In this document: in pieces, positions 47,364-57,113 of the stretch | How the letters are laid out: every line of letters starts with the position of its first letter | Position numbering within the stretch: the stretch's first letter is position 1 | Made by a program: the position numbers and the translations under genes | The notes under the pieces: model-generated | What the model was told of the DNA's origin: nothing | The model's input: only the letters and a program-made list of their open reading frames with translations | Database searches by the model: none | IMG/VR virus record: IMGVR_UViG_3300047491_000255 | Coordinates: 60,819-124,818 of that record | Reading direction: 5' to 3' (one strand) | DNA length: 64,000 nt | Source: a virus | Taxonomy: Duplodnaviria > Caudoviricetes

Positions 47364-48092
47364 TTATCGAATATAAGCATTTCCATAGGAAGACTTTTTA
47401 TAATTAAGTAGATACTGAATCTTGTCTGTATACCGACATACCTTTTGAGCTACCTCCAGAATGCGATCATCACTCGGTCGAATACCACAAAAATCAACAC
47501 CAACAATCCCAAAAACGCTACCGCCTTGTGCTATTCCGCAGATGACACTTGTCTTATTATTCTGTGACTCCAAGTGAAACCGACAATACCCTGACTCCAT
47601 ATCTTCAACATTCAGGACAACAACATGCTTCCCCTCTTTTATGCACTTGGTCTTGAATGGACATACTGGACAATCCTTAACAACTATTCCTGGAACAGAA
47701 GATTGTCCAGTCAACACGGGTGAGATAATATCAGGAATCAGAGACACTAACAATCCCTGAAGTTTTGGAGACTCGAATGTGACACCATGCCTAACTACCT
47801 CGTGAGTGCAAGAGAGCTTCCATGCCGGTTGACTAGGCAAAAACTCCATTCCATTATGAAATCTGAAAACATATGCCCGATCAGATTCGGTTACTGCTCT
47901 CAATTCAACAATTTCGTTGTAGATTCCCCTATTCTTTTCAGCTTCAATCCTGATCGGTGGATGGGTAATACTGAAAAGAATACGAGGCCAAAAACGCTTA
48001 AAAAAAAATACGAATAATATGGCCGTAAGAAATATAAGGAAGTTTTGCCAATAATGATGAAAATCCTTGTATGTTATCCACGCATCTAGCAT
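47364..48092 (-). CDS. membrane-anchored GAF-like domain protein (possible holin/lysis regulator)
   Basis: N-terminal TM helix. DRAYVFRFHNG...KLSCTHEVV...GIVGVDFC. Confidence 0.55.
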   Translation of the reverse strand: MLDAWITYKDFHHYWQNFLIFLTAILFVFFFKRFWPRILFSITHPPIRIEAEKNRGIYNEIVELRAVTESDRAYVFRFHNGMEFLPSQPAWKLSCTHEVVRHGVTFESPKLQGLLVSLIPDIISPVLTGQSSVPGIVVKDCPVCPFKTKCIKEGKHVVVLNVEDMESGYCRFHLESQNNKTSVICGIAQGGSVFGIVGVDFCGIRPSDDRILEVAQKVCRYTDKIQYLLNYKKSSYGNAYIR

Positions 48093-48094
48093 GT

Positions 48095-48895
48095 CTACTC
48101 CTTTCGAAAGCTGTTTCTCAATTCCTGAGTCTCCAGTTCTTGTAGATAGAGAGCTTCCCAATGTAACTGCCCAGCAGTATCACCAGCCGCTTTCGCTCTC
48201 ATAGCACTGTCGTAGAAAGCAGCAGCCAGACCAGTAGGCCGAACCACATCCGTTACGAAATCCAGTCCGTGTGTCGGCCGTAAAGTGACAAGCTGCCTTG
48301 AGTTGCCATAACCAGACGCGAACGCAGTCCTCGCGTAATCCGGTACGGATGTCACCAGGTGATCGCCTACCGAAGTCCTCATGTAGTCCGGTACGGATGT
48401 CACCAGGTGATCGCCTACCGAAGTCCTCATGTAATCCGGTACGGATGTCACCAGGTGATCGCCTACCGAAGTCCTCATGTAATCCGGCGCTGCTGTCGCT
48501 ACTTGCTTTCCGGCTTCGGTTTTAGCGTAATCCGGCGCTGCTGTAGCTACTTGCTTTCCGGCTTCGGTTTTAGCGTAATCCGGTGCCGATGTAGCTACTT
48601 GCTTTCCGGCTTCGGTTTTAGCGTAATCCGGTGCCGATGTAGCTACTTGCTTTCCTGCTTCGGTCGTCTTATACTCAGGAGTCGTGGAACCGAGTAGCAC
48701 AACAGTCCGTAACGCCGTGAAAAACTGAAAGACCGGCGCATAGGCTATAAGTTGCAATGGTGCACAACTCGGGATCACAAGTGGGTTTGCCGCACTGAGA
48801 GCCGGGCAGTCCGGTATCATAACCGGATCTGCCTGTGGAATATCAGACCGAGCGACGCCAGCCAGCAAGATAACTGTCAGCAGGGCGATCCTCAT
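48095..48895 (-). CDS. secreted protein with 16-aa tandem repeats
   Basis: Signal peptide MRIALLTVILLAGVARS. PDYAKTEAGKQVATxA x4 and PDYMRTSVGDHLVTSV x3. Confidence 0.75.
   Translation of the reverse strand: MRIALLTVILLAGVARSDIPQADPVMIPDCPALSAANPLVIPSCAPLQLIAYAPVFQFFTALRTVVLLGSTTPEYKTTEAGKQVATSAPDYAKTEAGKQVATSAPDYAKTEAGKQVATAAPDYAKTEAGKQVATAAPDYMRTSVGDHLVTSVPDYMRTSVGDHLVTSVPDYMRTSVGDHLVTSVPDYARTAFASGYGNSRQLVTLRPTHGLDFVTDVVRPTGLAAAFYDSAMRAKAAGDTAGQLHWEALYLQELETQELRNSFRKE
48335..48670. repeat. 48-bp coding tandem repeats, two variants
   Basis: Directly visible in-frame tandem units. Confidence 0.9.
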
Positions 48896-48897
48896 TT

Positions 48898-49797
48898 TCA
48901 GTTCTCCCCGTTGTACTGCTTTATCATCAAGTTGTATTCAACCACACCCAGTGATACCTTCAGTGCAGCTAGGTAAGGAGCTTGCTTTTCGGGTGCAACA
49001 TCACCGTCCAAGATGACATTCTTCCATCCAGTAGACACAGCCTCCATTGATTCACGAGCACTGTTCTGATTGGGGATTGTGATCCCGCACCCAGCCAGCG
49101 CACTCTCAAGACCAACCATCAGCGGTGCGTTCAACGCATCAACGACGGGACTGAGTAGCGGTGTTAATGGATTGACCCCATCCTTGACAACGAAGCTCTT
49201 ACCTTCGGACCGCAGCTTCTTCTTGGCCTCAGCCGTCGCCTTCTCCAGGATCATAGGCGCTTCGTCGAAGACACGCAACTCGGGCGCAAGCCTCAAAGCT
49301 ACCAGATCGCTGACAGTAGCGTTTTGCAGCAACGCGGACGGAGGGACCGTAATCACACGGTATGCAACGGACGAAGAACTCTCGTTCGATATTGCCAGCC
49401 GCACGAGAATAGAAGCGCGCTTAGGCGGGATAAACTCTTTTGCAGCTTGTAAGCACCCGGCCAAAAACTGTGCTCGAACTGGCATTGGTGCTAAGTGTGC
49501 TGTGTGAAACGCCAATGCTGGTTTGTCGCTAACAGAGGCAAGCCATTTCGTAGCGAACGACTCGCTCATACCGCCATCGACCCGAGCAACCCATGACAGG
49601 AGCGGTACGGCGTCTTGCGATGCTTCCCCCACCTCGGCGATGACCGCATCATCGCTGAAACCAGCAGCGACAAGCCGGTTGATGACATTACTCATTGAAC
49701 CCTTCACGCCGCTTGCTGCAGCGATGCGGGTCGCCGGATCAGCCGAAGCGATACCGACAACCATTGAGATAAGTGAGACGATAACCAACTTTTTCAT
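48898..49797 (-). CDS. secreted Ala-rich protein
   Basis: Signal peptide MKKLVIVSLISMVVGIASA, AGGAG RBS. Confidence 0.75.
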   Translation of the reverse strand: MKKLVIVSLISMVVGIASADPATRIAAASGVKGSMSNVINRLVAAGFSDDAVIAEVGEASQDAVPLLSWVARVDGGMSESFATKWLASVSDKPALAFHTAHLAPMPVRAQFLAGCLQAAKEFIPPKRASILVRLAISNESSSSVAYRVITVPPSALLQNATVSDLVALRLAPELRVFDEAPMILEKATAEAKKKLRSEGKSFVVKDGVNPLTPLLSPVVDALNAPLMVGLESALAGCGITIPNQNSARESMEAVSTGWKNVILDGDVAPEKQAPYLAALKVSLGVVEYNLMIKQYNGEN

Positions 49798-49865
49798 CTG
49801 ATACTCCTTCGGGCCGTTTAGTTTCAGTCGGGTTCTGCCCAGAAACCCAAACTGTTTTTGAAACA

Positions 49866-51545
49866 TCAAGGAACAATGAGTGGGACTCCGTTAGAGTTCC
49901 AGAGAGCACCGCTCGGAAGAGGATACGTCGTGGTCGGTAGAATGTCAATATCGGTCAGATACATATAACCTCCTACACCTGTTTTCCATTTGGCGCGCTC
50001 TGCTGATGTGGATGCGCCAATCCAAGAATTGTATGAAGCTGTGTCCAGATCAATAGAGTAGTTGGTGTTTGTTGTGTTATAGGCAAACCCAGTCTCGAAC
50101 AAGACATTGTGCCAGCGTGCTCGAAGAAGGGTCGAGGTACTGACCGGTTTCAGGTTTAAGCCTCCGCTGATCATCGTGGACTGGAGATTGTACGGACACA
50201 CGCTGCCGATCAACGGTCCTATCCCACTGCCAGCAGGCCCACCGCCTTGATGACCACCACCCCATCCGTAGGCAAAAAGATACGCTGTCCAGTCGTTGGT
50301 CGCAACAATAGGCCCGACCATCGCATCACGCAGGAAAATGTGCGCCAAATGAATTGTAGAAGTCGATTGCAGTGACGCTTGGCCTTGATAGGTCACCCCT
50401 CCACGAATACCAGCCTGGATGACGTGGAGCTCGTTGAACGGGGGCATGTCCGAGCCTTCAACGAGTTGGAAAGTTACTTTACCGGACACGCCAACGTAGC
50501 TGTGATTACCGTCCGCATACCCGGACCGCAGAGAGTCTCCCTTTATTACTACAGTGGTGCACCTTGGATCTCCACCACCATCAGGTATCATGTTGAAGGC
50601 GTTAGTCCTAACAAGATTACCTGCAATCAACGCTGATGAAAGTTCGATAGTCAGGTAAGGACGCCACGGAATAACCACATTCTCTGGATACACGCCTGGC
50701 ATCACTTTTACTGTGTAATATCGTTCGGAGTTGCTGTTTCTCCAGTCATTCACAGATGTCTCGTCACCAATAGCAGACATGGCCGCTGACACTGTCCGGA
50801 AAGGACGCATGATTGTTCCGTCTGACGTGAAGGAGTCCGTACGTTGATTATCCACATAGAGGATATGACTGGCTGCGTACAGCGAGTTCACGTAGCTCGT
50901 AGAGGCGAGACCATTAGTAGCCTTAACTAAGTCACTTGTCTTGGCAAGACCATTAGTGGCACTAATTAAGTCGCTTGTCTTGACGAGACCATTAGTAGCA
51001 CTAATTAAGTCACTTGTCTTGACGAGACCATTAGTAGCCTTAACTAAGTCACTTGTCTTGGCAAGACCATTAGTGGCACTAATTAAGTCGCTTGTCTTGA
51101 CGAGACCATTAGTAGCACTAACCAACTCACTTGTCTTGACGAGACCATTAGTAGCACTAACCAACTCACTTGTCTTGACGAGACCATTAGTAGCCTTAAC
51201 TAAGTCACTTGTCTTGGCAAGACCATTAGTGGCACTAACCAACTCACTTGTCTTGACGAGACCATTAGTAGCACTAATTAAGTCACTTGTCTTGACGAGA
51301 CCGTTAGTGGCCTTAACTAAGTCGCTTGTCTTGGCAAGACCGTTAGTGGCATTAATTAAGTCACTTACCAGAGCGAGTCCATTGCTACTGGCAAAAACCG
51401 CAACTGGTGGGTAGACCAACTTCTTCGTAGTATTACTGACTGTCACTGCCGAAGTAGCAATTGGAGGCACTGGACTAGTAGGAGCAGAATAAACTGTCCA
51501 CGCCGAGATCATCATCAATGTTATGAAAAATTTTCTCATACTCAT
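49866..51545 (-). CDS. fibre-like protein with signal peptide and 13-aa repeats
   Basis: MRKFFITLMMISAWTVYSA, ~12 TNGLxKTSxLxxA repeats, LYVD...DGT...PFRTVSAA beta-helix cap. Confidence 0.7.
   Translation of the reverse strand: MSMRKFFITLMMISAWTVYSAPTSPVPPIATSAVTVSNTTKKLVYPPVAVFASSNGLALVSDLINATNGLAKTSDLVKATNGLVKTSDLISATNGLVKTSELVSATNGLAKTSDLVKATNGLVKTSELVSATNGLVKTSELVSATNGLVKTSDLISATNGLAKTSDLVKATNGLVKTSDLISATNGLVKTSDLISATNGLAKTSDLVKATNGLASTSYVNSLYAASHILYVDNQRTDSFTSDGTIMRPFRTVSAAMSAIGDETSVNDWRNSNSERYYTVKVMPGVYPENVVIPWRPYLTIELSSALIAGNLVRTNAFNMIPDGGGDPRCTTVVIKGDSLRSGYADGNHSYVGVSGKVTFQLVEGSDMPPFNELHVIQAGIRGGVTYQGQASLQSTSTIHLAHIFLRDAMVGPIVATNDWTAYLFAYGWGGGHQGGGPAGSGIGPLIGSVCPYNLQSTMISGGLNLKPVSTSTLLRARWHNVLFETGFAYNTTNTNYSIDLDTASYNSWIGASTSAERAKWKTGVGGYMYLTDIDILPTTTYPLPSGALWNSNGVPLIVP
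50908..51375. repeat. 39-bp coding tandem repeat (~12 units)
   Basis: Directly visible. Confidence 0.9.
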
Positions 51546-52075
51546 GCCTCCCCGGCTGACCAACCCAATACACCATTCGACAACACCGGAGTATGCCATA
51601 AATTGTCTCCATAATCCCAAAACTGTATCGTCCCATCAGCCTTCTGTCTTACATTATTATTACCGAGATCGTTTAGAAACGGTATATTGGTCAATACTCC
51701 AAGAGTTCCATTTCCTCCAGATGTCGTAACCAATCCATTACTAGTCAAATTCGATATGCTGGTTATCGTAATTGCCGGACTGTTGATAATAACATTGCCG
51801 TATTCATCCTCTGGCACTGTTGATATTTTCTCGAATATGTCCCCGGTAAAAGAACCCGTCGGAGGAGGCTCCACTCCATAAAACCACTTCACCAACTGGG
51901 GGTCTTCGTACACTATGCCATCTCTAAGAATGATGTCGAGAGTAACGGCACCATTTGGGTCATAATTTACGACAAGACGAATCGCATTCTCGTATCGGGC
52001 AATGGTCGCACCGACCGGAATATATCGACCTAAAGCCGAGCAAAGAAAACGTGATTTACACCGATAGACTATCAT
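51542..52075 (-). CDS. putative structural protein
   Basis: 177 aa with fibre-like LTSNGLVTTSGGNGTL. Confidence 0.65.
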   Translation of the reverse strand: MIVYRCKSRFLCSALGRYIPVGATIARYENAIRLVVNYDPNGAVTLDIILRDGIVYEDPQLVKWFYGVEPPPTGSFTGDIFEKISTVPEDEYGNVIINSPAITITSISNLTSNGLVTTSGGNGTLGVLTNIPFLNDLGNNNVRQKADGTIQFWDYGDNLWHTPVLSNGVLGWSAGEA

Positions 52076-52318
52076 CTATTATCCTGTTTGTTTTAATTCC
52101 AGCCCCGTTAAGAGCGAGACATCAAACCAATCTACTCTCGCATTTTTGTTCCTACACTATCGACTACACCTTATCGATAAAATATCAACAAAAAAACACT
52201 CTTCTACACAGGAAGGGAATATCAAACAATTATCACGATTCAACTTCCATGACGATACTGAAGATTTTTGCGATTTCTGCAATGTCTACCTACGCATGAA
52301 CAATTTCATACGGCTTTT

Positions 52319-52582
52319 TCATGCTAGGATCGAACGCTTCTGATTTTTCGGGAGTTGCTTGATTGAATATTCGAGCCGTAGAGCCTCTCCGTGCCCCATG
52401 CCGCCCTTTTGAGCGATCAATCTGACTGGAAGCCGAGACCTGACATACCGTGAACCCTTGCCCATCTGGTGCTGTCTTAAACGCCTATCCAGATTGGTTG
52501 TGCAACCACAGTAAAGTTCTCCACCTCTGCACTCAAGGAGATAGACCGTCCATGCCTTCCCAACTGAATATTGAAGTTCCAT
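52319..52582 (-). CDS. GIY-YIG nuclease (YhbQ/UPF0213-like)
   Basis: WTVYLLEC..G.LYCG.TTNLDRRLRQH..GKGSRY...EALRLEY.IK. Confidence 0.85.
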   Translation of the reverse strand: MELQYSVGKAWTVYLLECRGGELYCGCTTNLDRRLRQHQMGKGSRYVRSRLPVRLIAQKGGMGHGEALRLEYSIKQLPKNQKRSILA

Positions 52583-52586
52583 TTTT

Positions 52587-52673
52587 TGGTGGGAAAAGAG
52601 GGACTCGAACCCTCACACCCTTTCGGGCACAAGCTCCTAAGGCTTGCGTGTCTGCCAATTCCACCACTCTCCC
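52587..52673 (-). tRNA. tRNA-Leu(TAG)
   Basis: Cloverleaf, CAAGC-CTTAGGA-GCTTG, long variable arm, encoded CCA. Confidence 0.95.
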
Positions 52674-52683
52674 GGAATCTATT

Positions 52684-52995
52684 TTAGCCCTGCGGTCCCT
52701 GAATCCCGCCTTGTGGTCCCTGAATCCCGCCTTGTGGTCCAACCACCGGAGGATTCTTCACTTCTGGCTCAATAGGCTGTCCATTGTCATCCTTCGACTT
52801 GTGGAAGTATGACATAAATACCATTGTGATGACAGCAAAGATAGCCTCCACACTCACAGGGAGAGGTTTGTCTGGATATTTCATATATGCTTGAAAATCC
52901 AGCAGAGTCATCAAAAGCAAACATGTTCCAGCAATGATTGTTAATAGCCAACGCCCGCTCGAAACCTGCACTACGACTCGATCAGTATTCTTCAT
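52684..52995 (-). CDS. two-TM membrane protein (holin-like) with GPQGGIQ tail repeats
   Basis: Two hydrophobic helices and a 21-bp repeat at the C-terminus. Confidence 0.6.
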   Translation of the reverse strand: MKNTDRVVVQVSSGRWLLTIIAGTCLLLMTLLDFQAYMKYPDKPLPVSVEAIFAVITMVFMSYFHKSKDDNGQPIEPEVKNPPVVGPQGGIQGPQGGIQGPQG

Positions 52996-53501
52996 ATGAT
53001 ACTCCTTTTAACACACATTCCACATGATTTCATCTCGTGACAGAAACCTCCCCTATACTCGCACTCTGGAACCAGAAACATCACCAAATCAGAATCAACC
53101 CACTTCATTTCATCCTTGATTGCCAACATGACATCCCGAGTCTCCTTGTGAGACTTGGAACAAAGTCTCTTCCGAGCCATATTGATAAGCGTCTGAGCAT
53201 TGACCAACATTCCATGATCCACAGGAGTTTTCCGATTCACATCCCCTGTACCACCACGATCATCCCTATTGGTCTGAATAAAATGTTCAGCACCAATCTT
53301 ATGCCGAACGAAATGTGTGCTTACAAACGAGGGAATCCCAGTCATCTCAATCCAAAAAACTTGGGTCCTACAAGGACTGTGTTCGCAATCATAGATTTCT
53401 TTCAACGTCATCTTGGAAGGTTTGCCATTCCCCCTCCATGTCATCTCACAAGCTCGTCTCATCAGAGACTCATCCGTCAATTTCTTAATAACAATCTTCA
53501 T
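52992..53501 (-). CDS. thyX: ThyX-like FAD-dependent thymidylate synthase family protein
   Basis: EHSP, IPSFVSTHFVRHK, NAQTLINMARKRLC, PECEYRGGFCHE. Confidence 0.7.
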   Translation of the reverse strand: MKIVIKKLTDESLMRRACEMTWRGNGKPSKMTLKEIYDCEHSPCRTQVFWIEMTGIPSFVSTHFVRHKIGAEHFIQTNRDDRGGTGDVNRKTPVDHGMLVNAQTLINMARKRLCSKSHKETRDVMLAIKDEMKWVDSDLVMFLVPECEYRGGFCHEMKSCGMCVKRSII

Positions 53502-53523
53502 GCTGGCTCCTTTTTACGCCATC

Positions 53524-53553
53524 ATTATATTCAAAGTGAGGCATCGGAGTCAA
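53524..53553 (-). promoter_or_regulatory. sigma70-like promoter TTGACT-N18-TATAAT
   Basis: Near-consensus -35/-10 upstream of the thyX-like gene. Confidence 0.7.
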
Positions 53554-53571
53554 CTGTTTGTGAAATATTAA

Positions 53572-53661
53572 TGGTGCCAGAGGTGGGATTTGAACCCACA
53601 ATCCCCTTGCGGAGAAACAGCGCTCTCGGCGCTGCGTGTTTGCCAATTTCACCACTCCGAC
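53572..53661 (-). tRNA. tRNA-Leu(GAG), C33 variant
   Basis: CAGCG-CCGAGAG-CGCTG anticodon arm, T-arm TTCAAAT, CCA. Confidence 0.9.
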
Positions 53662-53786
53662 TAAAACATCAGCCTAATCATTCCGCATGGCGGGCTGCGA
53701 CCTTCTCTTACGTGTTCTCATGCGGCACCGTTGTATGATCTCCCGCCACTAACGGCTTATCCGCTCCTCTGGACAACTGAAATAGT

Positions 53787-53962
53787 CGGACATGCCGTGT
53801 TCATCACAGAGTTGAACGGGCATCTCAGTCTCACGGTTCCCCGTCTAAATCCACCGATGTTTAACTCTGGACTGTTTCAACAACCAAAGGCAACTTCGCC
53901 GTTCAGGATTCCATCAGTCGCTTCCAACTGACTCTGCCTGCGTCTAATTCCGCCACATGTCC
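53787..53962 (-). ncRNA. tRNA-like RNA with expanded body
   Basis: Acceptor-like GGACATG/CATGTCC and Leu-type D-arm TGGCGGAATTAGACGC. No canonical anticodon arm, T-arm or CCA. Confidence 0.5.
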
Positions 53963-53964
53963 TT

Positions 53965-54049
53965 TGGTAGAGGTAGAGGGATTTCAACCCCCACGTCTTT
54001 CGACACTTCCTTTTGAGGGAAGCGTGTCTGGCAATTCCACCATACCTCC
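53965..54049 (-). tRNA. tRNA-Leu(CAA), atypical D/T loops
   Basis: CTTCC-CTCAAAA-GGAAG, T-loop TTGAAAT, D-loop GCC, CCA. Confidence 0.88.
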
Positions 54050-54145
54050 AAAAATCAAAACTTGAACTTCTACAACCTTTCGAGTTTCTTTTCCATCCCA
54101 CGCATATCCTTCAAACGACCTTCTTTATCTAGCCTCCTGACTCAA

Positions 54146-55366
54146 TCAACCCTGTTTACAAAGCCTATTCCAAGCCATTTCCGAAACTTTTCGGTAAAGA
54201 GCCTCCACCTTTTCCAGACTAATCTTCTCCGGCAGTTTGCACGACTTCTCTACCTCACGCAATTCCTTCATCTTCTCTTCCGCCATTGAAACCAATCTTT
54301 CATAGTCTGTGGTCTTGCCCGTTCGGATGTCCATGACCTGTTCTAGCGATTTTCCAGAAAGCCGAACCATTGGCTCTCCATACTTTGCCAGATGGAGTCC
54401 AGACAAAAGCAGCCTCATACAATGAGCCATATTTTTGGCATTGATGTGGCGTTTTCCGTCTTCATGTCCGGCATACCGCTCCTGATTACGCTCCCGAAAC
54501 CATGTCCAGTAAGACTGCCACAGCTTGACAGCTCTTTCATACTCATGCTCGTCATAAATCAAGATTCCAGCGAATCTGGTGTGTTCGTCGTCTATTGGGA
54601 TTGACTCGCAGACAAGCATATCGTCGCCTCGAAAGACACCCTTGCATTGAGGGTCTCCCAAGTAGCAATACAGACGATAGGCGTTTTGCATGTGCTCAAC
54701 AGCCGCCACATGGTAGTCTTTGAGGTTGATCCAAGGCATGTCCTTAATTAGGATTGGTCGAAATGGCATCCTTGGAGAAGGCATATCTGGATGAGTCCAC
54801 GCTTCGGCTCCTGGAATGCACGGAATAATCCTGCAGAAGTCTAGCTTTTTTGGACGTTCTACTGGTTCTGGATGGTTAGATTTCCTCGTAGTGCTATCAG
54901 CACGCTTGAACTGACCAATGGCATAACCACAATGTCTCGTTATACACTCCTTGGAGATAAAAATATCTCGATTGGCAATAACCTCCTGAAACTCTGGTGA
55001 CGAGCTAACAACACAGTCCTCTGGGACCCAAAGAGATTCAAGAACATTGGGAGCGGCCACTTTCAACAGGTCAAAAAATCTATGCAGGGTGTATGCAATG
55101 TCGTCGTTTTTCTTTTTCTCTACAGTCTCCCTTTGATCCGATATTTGCTCAATGGGAGCTCTGATTGACAAATAATGTGACATGGGAAGACAAAAAATAG
55201 AACGAACATCACGATCACTTGTTGGCAAATTGGTGCCATAACAATGACTACCTCCGACATACTCATAAAGCATGAACCCAGACTGCCTGACGAGATTAAG
55301 ACGGACCTCTGGATCATATTCCGTATGACATACTGCGTCTTCCAAAAGTTTTAAATTAACGTCCAT
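54146..55366 (-). CDS. Pol-beta superfamily nucleotidyltransferase (RlaP/YcgL-like)
   Basis: GSHCYGTNLPTSDRDVR, PNVLESLW, GYAIGQ, KNMAHCMRLL. Confidence 0.85.
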   Translation of the reverse strand: MDVNLKLLEDAVCHTEYDPEVRLNLVRQSGFMLYEYVGGSHCYGTNLPTSDRDVRSIFCLPMSHYLSIRAPIEQISDQRETVEKKKNDDIAYTLHRFFDLLKVAAPNVLESLWVPEDCVVSSSPEFQEVIANRDIFISKECITRHCGYAIGQFKRADSTTRKSNHPEPVERPKKLDFCRIIPCIPGAEAWTHPDMPSPRMPFRPILIKDMPWINLKDYHVAAVEHMQNAYRLYCYLGDPQCKGVFRGDDMLVCESIPIDDEHTRFAGILIYDEHEYERAVKLWQSYWTWFRERNQERYAGHEDGKRHINAKNMAHCMRLLLSGLHLAKYGEPMVRLSGKSLEQVMDIRTGKTTDYERLVSMAEEKMKELREVEKSCKLPEKISLEKVEALYRKVSEMAWNRLCKQG

Positions 55367-55790
55367 TTTCTCTCCTATCTGATTGCATAGTCGGCGCAGT
55401 AGTAAACGGATCGATCCTTCGTCAGGCCGAACGTGTCCGCCTCGACTCTGGCCAGCCGTGCCTTGTCATTGATGCCGTCATTCCCTCGGATCACCTCGAT
55501 AAGTGCTGCAAGCGGTTCACACGCGGCCCACGTTGTCCTGATTCATACGGTCTCCTTTGTGGTCCGCCGGAGTCTGACCGGCGGCGTTCTGTTTACTCAT
55601 TGCATCGTCCCTCGCTTGAGATAGTGCAGCATCCACTTCATTTCGTCCGTAGGGATCATTCCTCCAGCCGCGTGACTGTATCGCATCATCCCTAGATCAC
55701 CTGCACGGCGGTCAATCGTGCGTGGCAGAATCGCGTAGTGGTACAAGACTGCGCCTGCCGCAAGGCCGACAAGAAACAGAACAATCTCCT

Positions 55791-56081
55791 TCACGGTATT
55801 CTCCTTTCGTCGTGCCTGACCTGTTCGTTGGTGATACGCAATGCCGCGACTTCGGCCTCCAATTCGGCAATCCGCTTCATCGCTTCTTGCAGCTTGTACC
55901 ACGGCTGGTGTTTCTTTCTCTCTTCATACCGTTGGTCTGATAATTCACGGCGAGCCTTCACGCTGTCTGGGTGGTGTTGCTTGCACCATCCATCTTTCCA
56001 TTCCTTGCGGTTGCACTGGCTTTGCCTTGACCAGGGACCGCTAGAGACCAATGCCTTGCATTTTGTTTCGTCCATTGTCAT
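55791..56081 (-). CDS. small Cys/His-rich hypothetical protein
   Basis: C..C..WCKQHHP motif plus coiled coil. Confidence 0.65.
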   Translation of the reverse strand: MTMDETKCKALVSSGPWSRQSQCNRKEWKDGWCKQHHPDSVKARRELSDQRYEERKKHQPWYKLQEAMKRIAELEAEVAALRITNEQVRHDERRIP

Positions 56082-56374
56082 TCCCCCTTCAATTCGGACG
56101 CACCATCAACCGCGTCCAGACTAGTTCCGATTCGCTCCGCAATCTGACGCGGCTGTTGTTTGGGGTGACGGCGGTTCCACCTCGCGGAAACAATTGCCGT
56201 CGCCGGTTCGCGGATCAGGAAGTCGCATGCATTGACTTTCATGCGTGCAGAACACCCCGTACAATAGACGCTGGCCGACCTTGCACGCCCGACAAGCCTT
56301 GCCGACGCGCCGCAGAATGGGCACGCCAACAAGGCATCCGAGGCTACCTTCATCCGCTCGCTTCGCTCACTCAT
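56078..56374 (-). CDS. Lar-family restriction-alleviation-like Zn-finger protein
   Basis: LLACPFCG...VYCTGC...ARWNRR. Confidence 0.7.
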   Translation of the reverse strand: MSERSERMKVASDALLACPFCGASARLVGRARSASVYCTGCSARMKVNACDFLIREPATAIVSARWNRRHPKQQPRQIAERIGTSLDAVDGASELKGE

Positions 56375-56401
56375 TTCGGAGCCTCAACTTTCTCGTTGGG
56401 C
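56324..56401 (+). repeat. attC-like site
   Basis: CGCCAAC-AAGGC...CCTCAAC-TTTCTC-GTTGGGC. Near-copy of 553-629. Confidence 0.75.
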
Positions 56402-56667
56402 AGATACAGATTCTCGATTGGCAACTTGCCGGTTACTCGGAACATGACGCTGTTCCACAGGCCACGCACGCCAGAGAGTTTGAGCGATGTCATGCACTGG
56501 CTCGAACTCCCTCCAGTGACGCGATACCGCTTGCCGAGTTCAAGCGTGCTTCTGGCGCGCATGTTCTCTGCAGGGTATCCACCGCGTCCGTGGAACACTG
56601 CCCAACAAGCCTGTGCAGCCCTACGGCTGGCCCGCGACGGTTTCTGGTTATTCTTCGTTGTTCTCAT
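56371..56667 (-). CDS. hypothetical cassette protein
   Basis: 98 aa with C-terminal attC-encoded PNEKVEAPK. Confidence 0.65.
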   Translation of the reverse strand: MRTTKNNQKPSRASRRAAQACWAVFHGRGGYPAENMRARSTLELGKRYRVTGGSSSQCMTSLKLSGVRGLWNSVMFRVTGKLPIENLYLPNEKVEAPK

Positions 56668-57113
56668 GGCCCCTCTTTTATTGGAGGGTCGGGCTGTTCA
56701 GCCTTGGGGAACGTCGCCCCTAGCGATTCAAGCCACGCCTGTTCCTGGATGTTCAGACCGAGGACGACGGCAAGTTTCTGACAGACATGGAAGATCATCT
56801 TCCGGTCGGCTTCTGGTACTCGATCAGCCGAACCATAGGAGGCGGGTGGCTTGGCTGGTTCGGCTGGCTGTTTTGGCCTACGTGTCCGCCACACTGGCGG
56901 GTAGAACGGATAAGCCACATCAGCGGGGGTCGCATCTCGTCCTGTCTGGCACCATTGGCTGTCGTCGCGGTGCCATTTGTATTCGTCGAGCCATTGCGGC
57001 AGCTCGACGCTCGGGTCGAACTCGCGCCAAGACCCAACAAGGGGCTGCTGGTCAACAACAGTCTTCATGTTTTCCTTTCCAACCAGCCGAGGCTGACCGG
57101 CGTCGATCTTCAT
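56664..57113 (-). CDS. hypothetical protein
   Basis: 149 aa with ATGA coupling. N-terminus includes attC half-sites. Confidence 0.55.
   Translation of the reverse strand: MKIDAGQPRLVGKENMKTVVDQQPLVGSWREFDPSVELPQWLDEYKWHRDDSQWCQTGRDATPADVAYPFYPPVWRTRRPKQPAEPAKPPASYGSADRVPEADRKMIFHVCQKLAVVLGLNIQEQAWLESLGATFPKAEQPDPPIKEGP

Noticed and set aside
48335-51375. CRISPR array in the 48-bp and 39-bp repeats
   Set aside because: Units are contiguous, in-frame coding repeats without unique spacers, and there are no cas genes.
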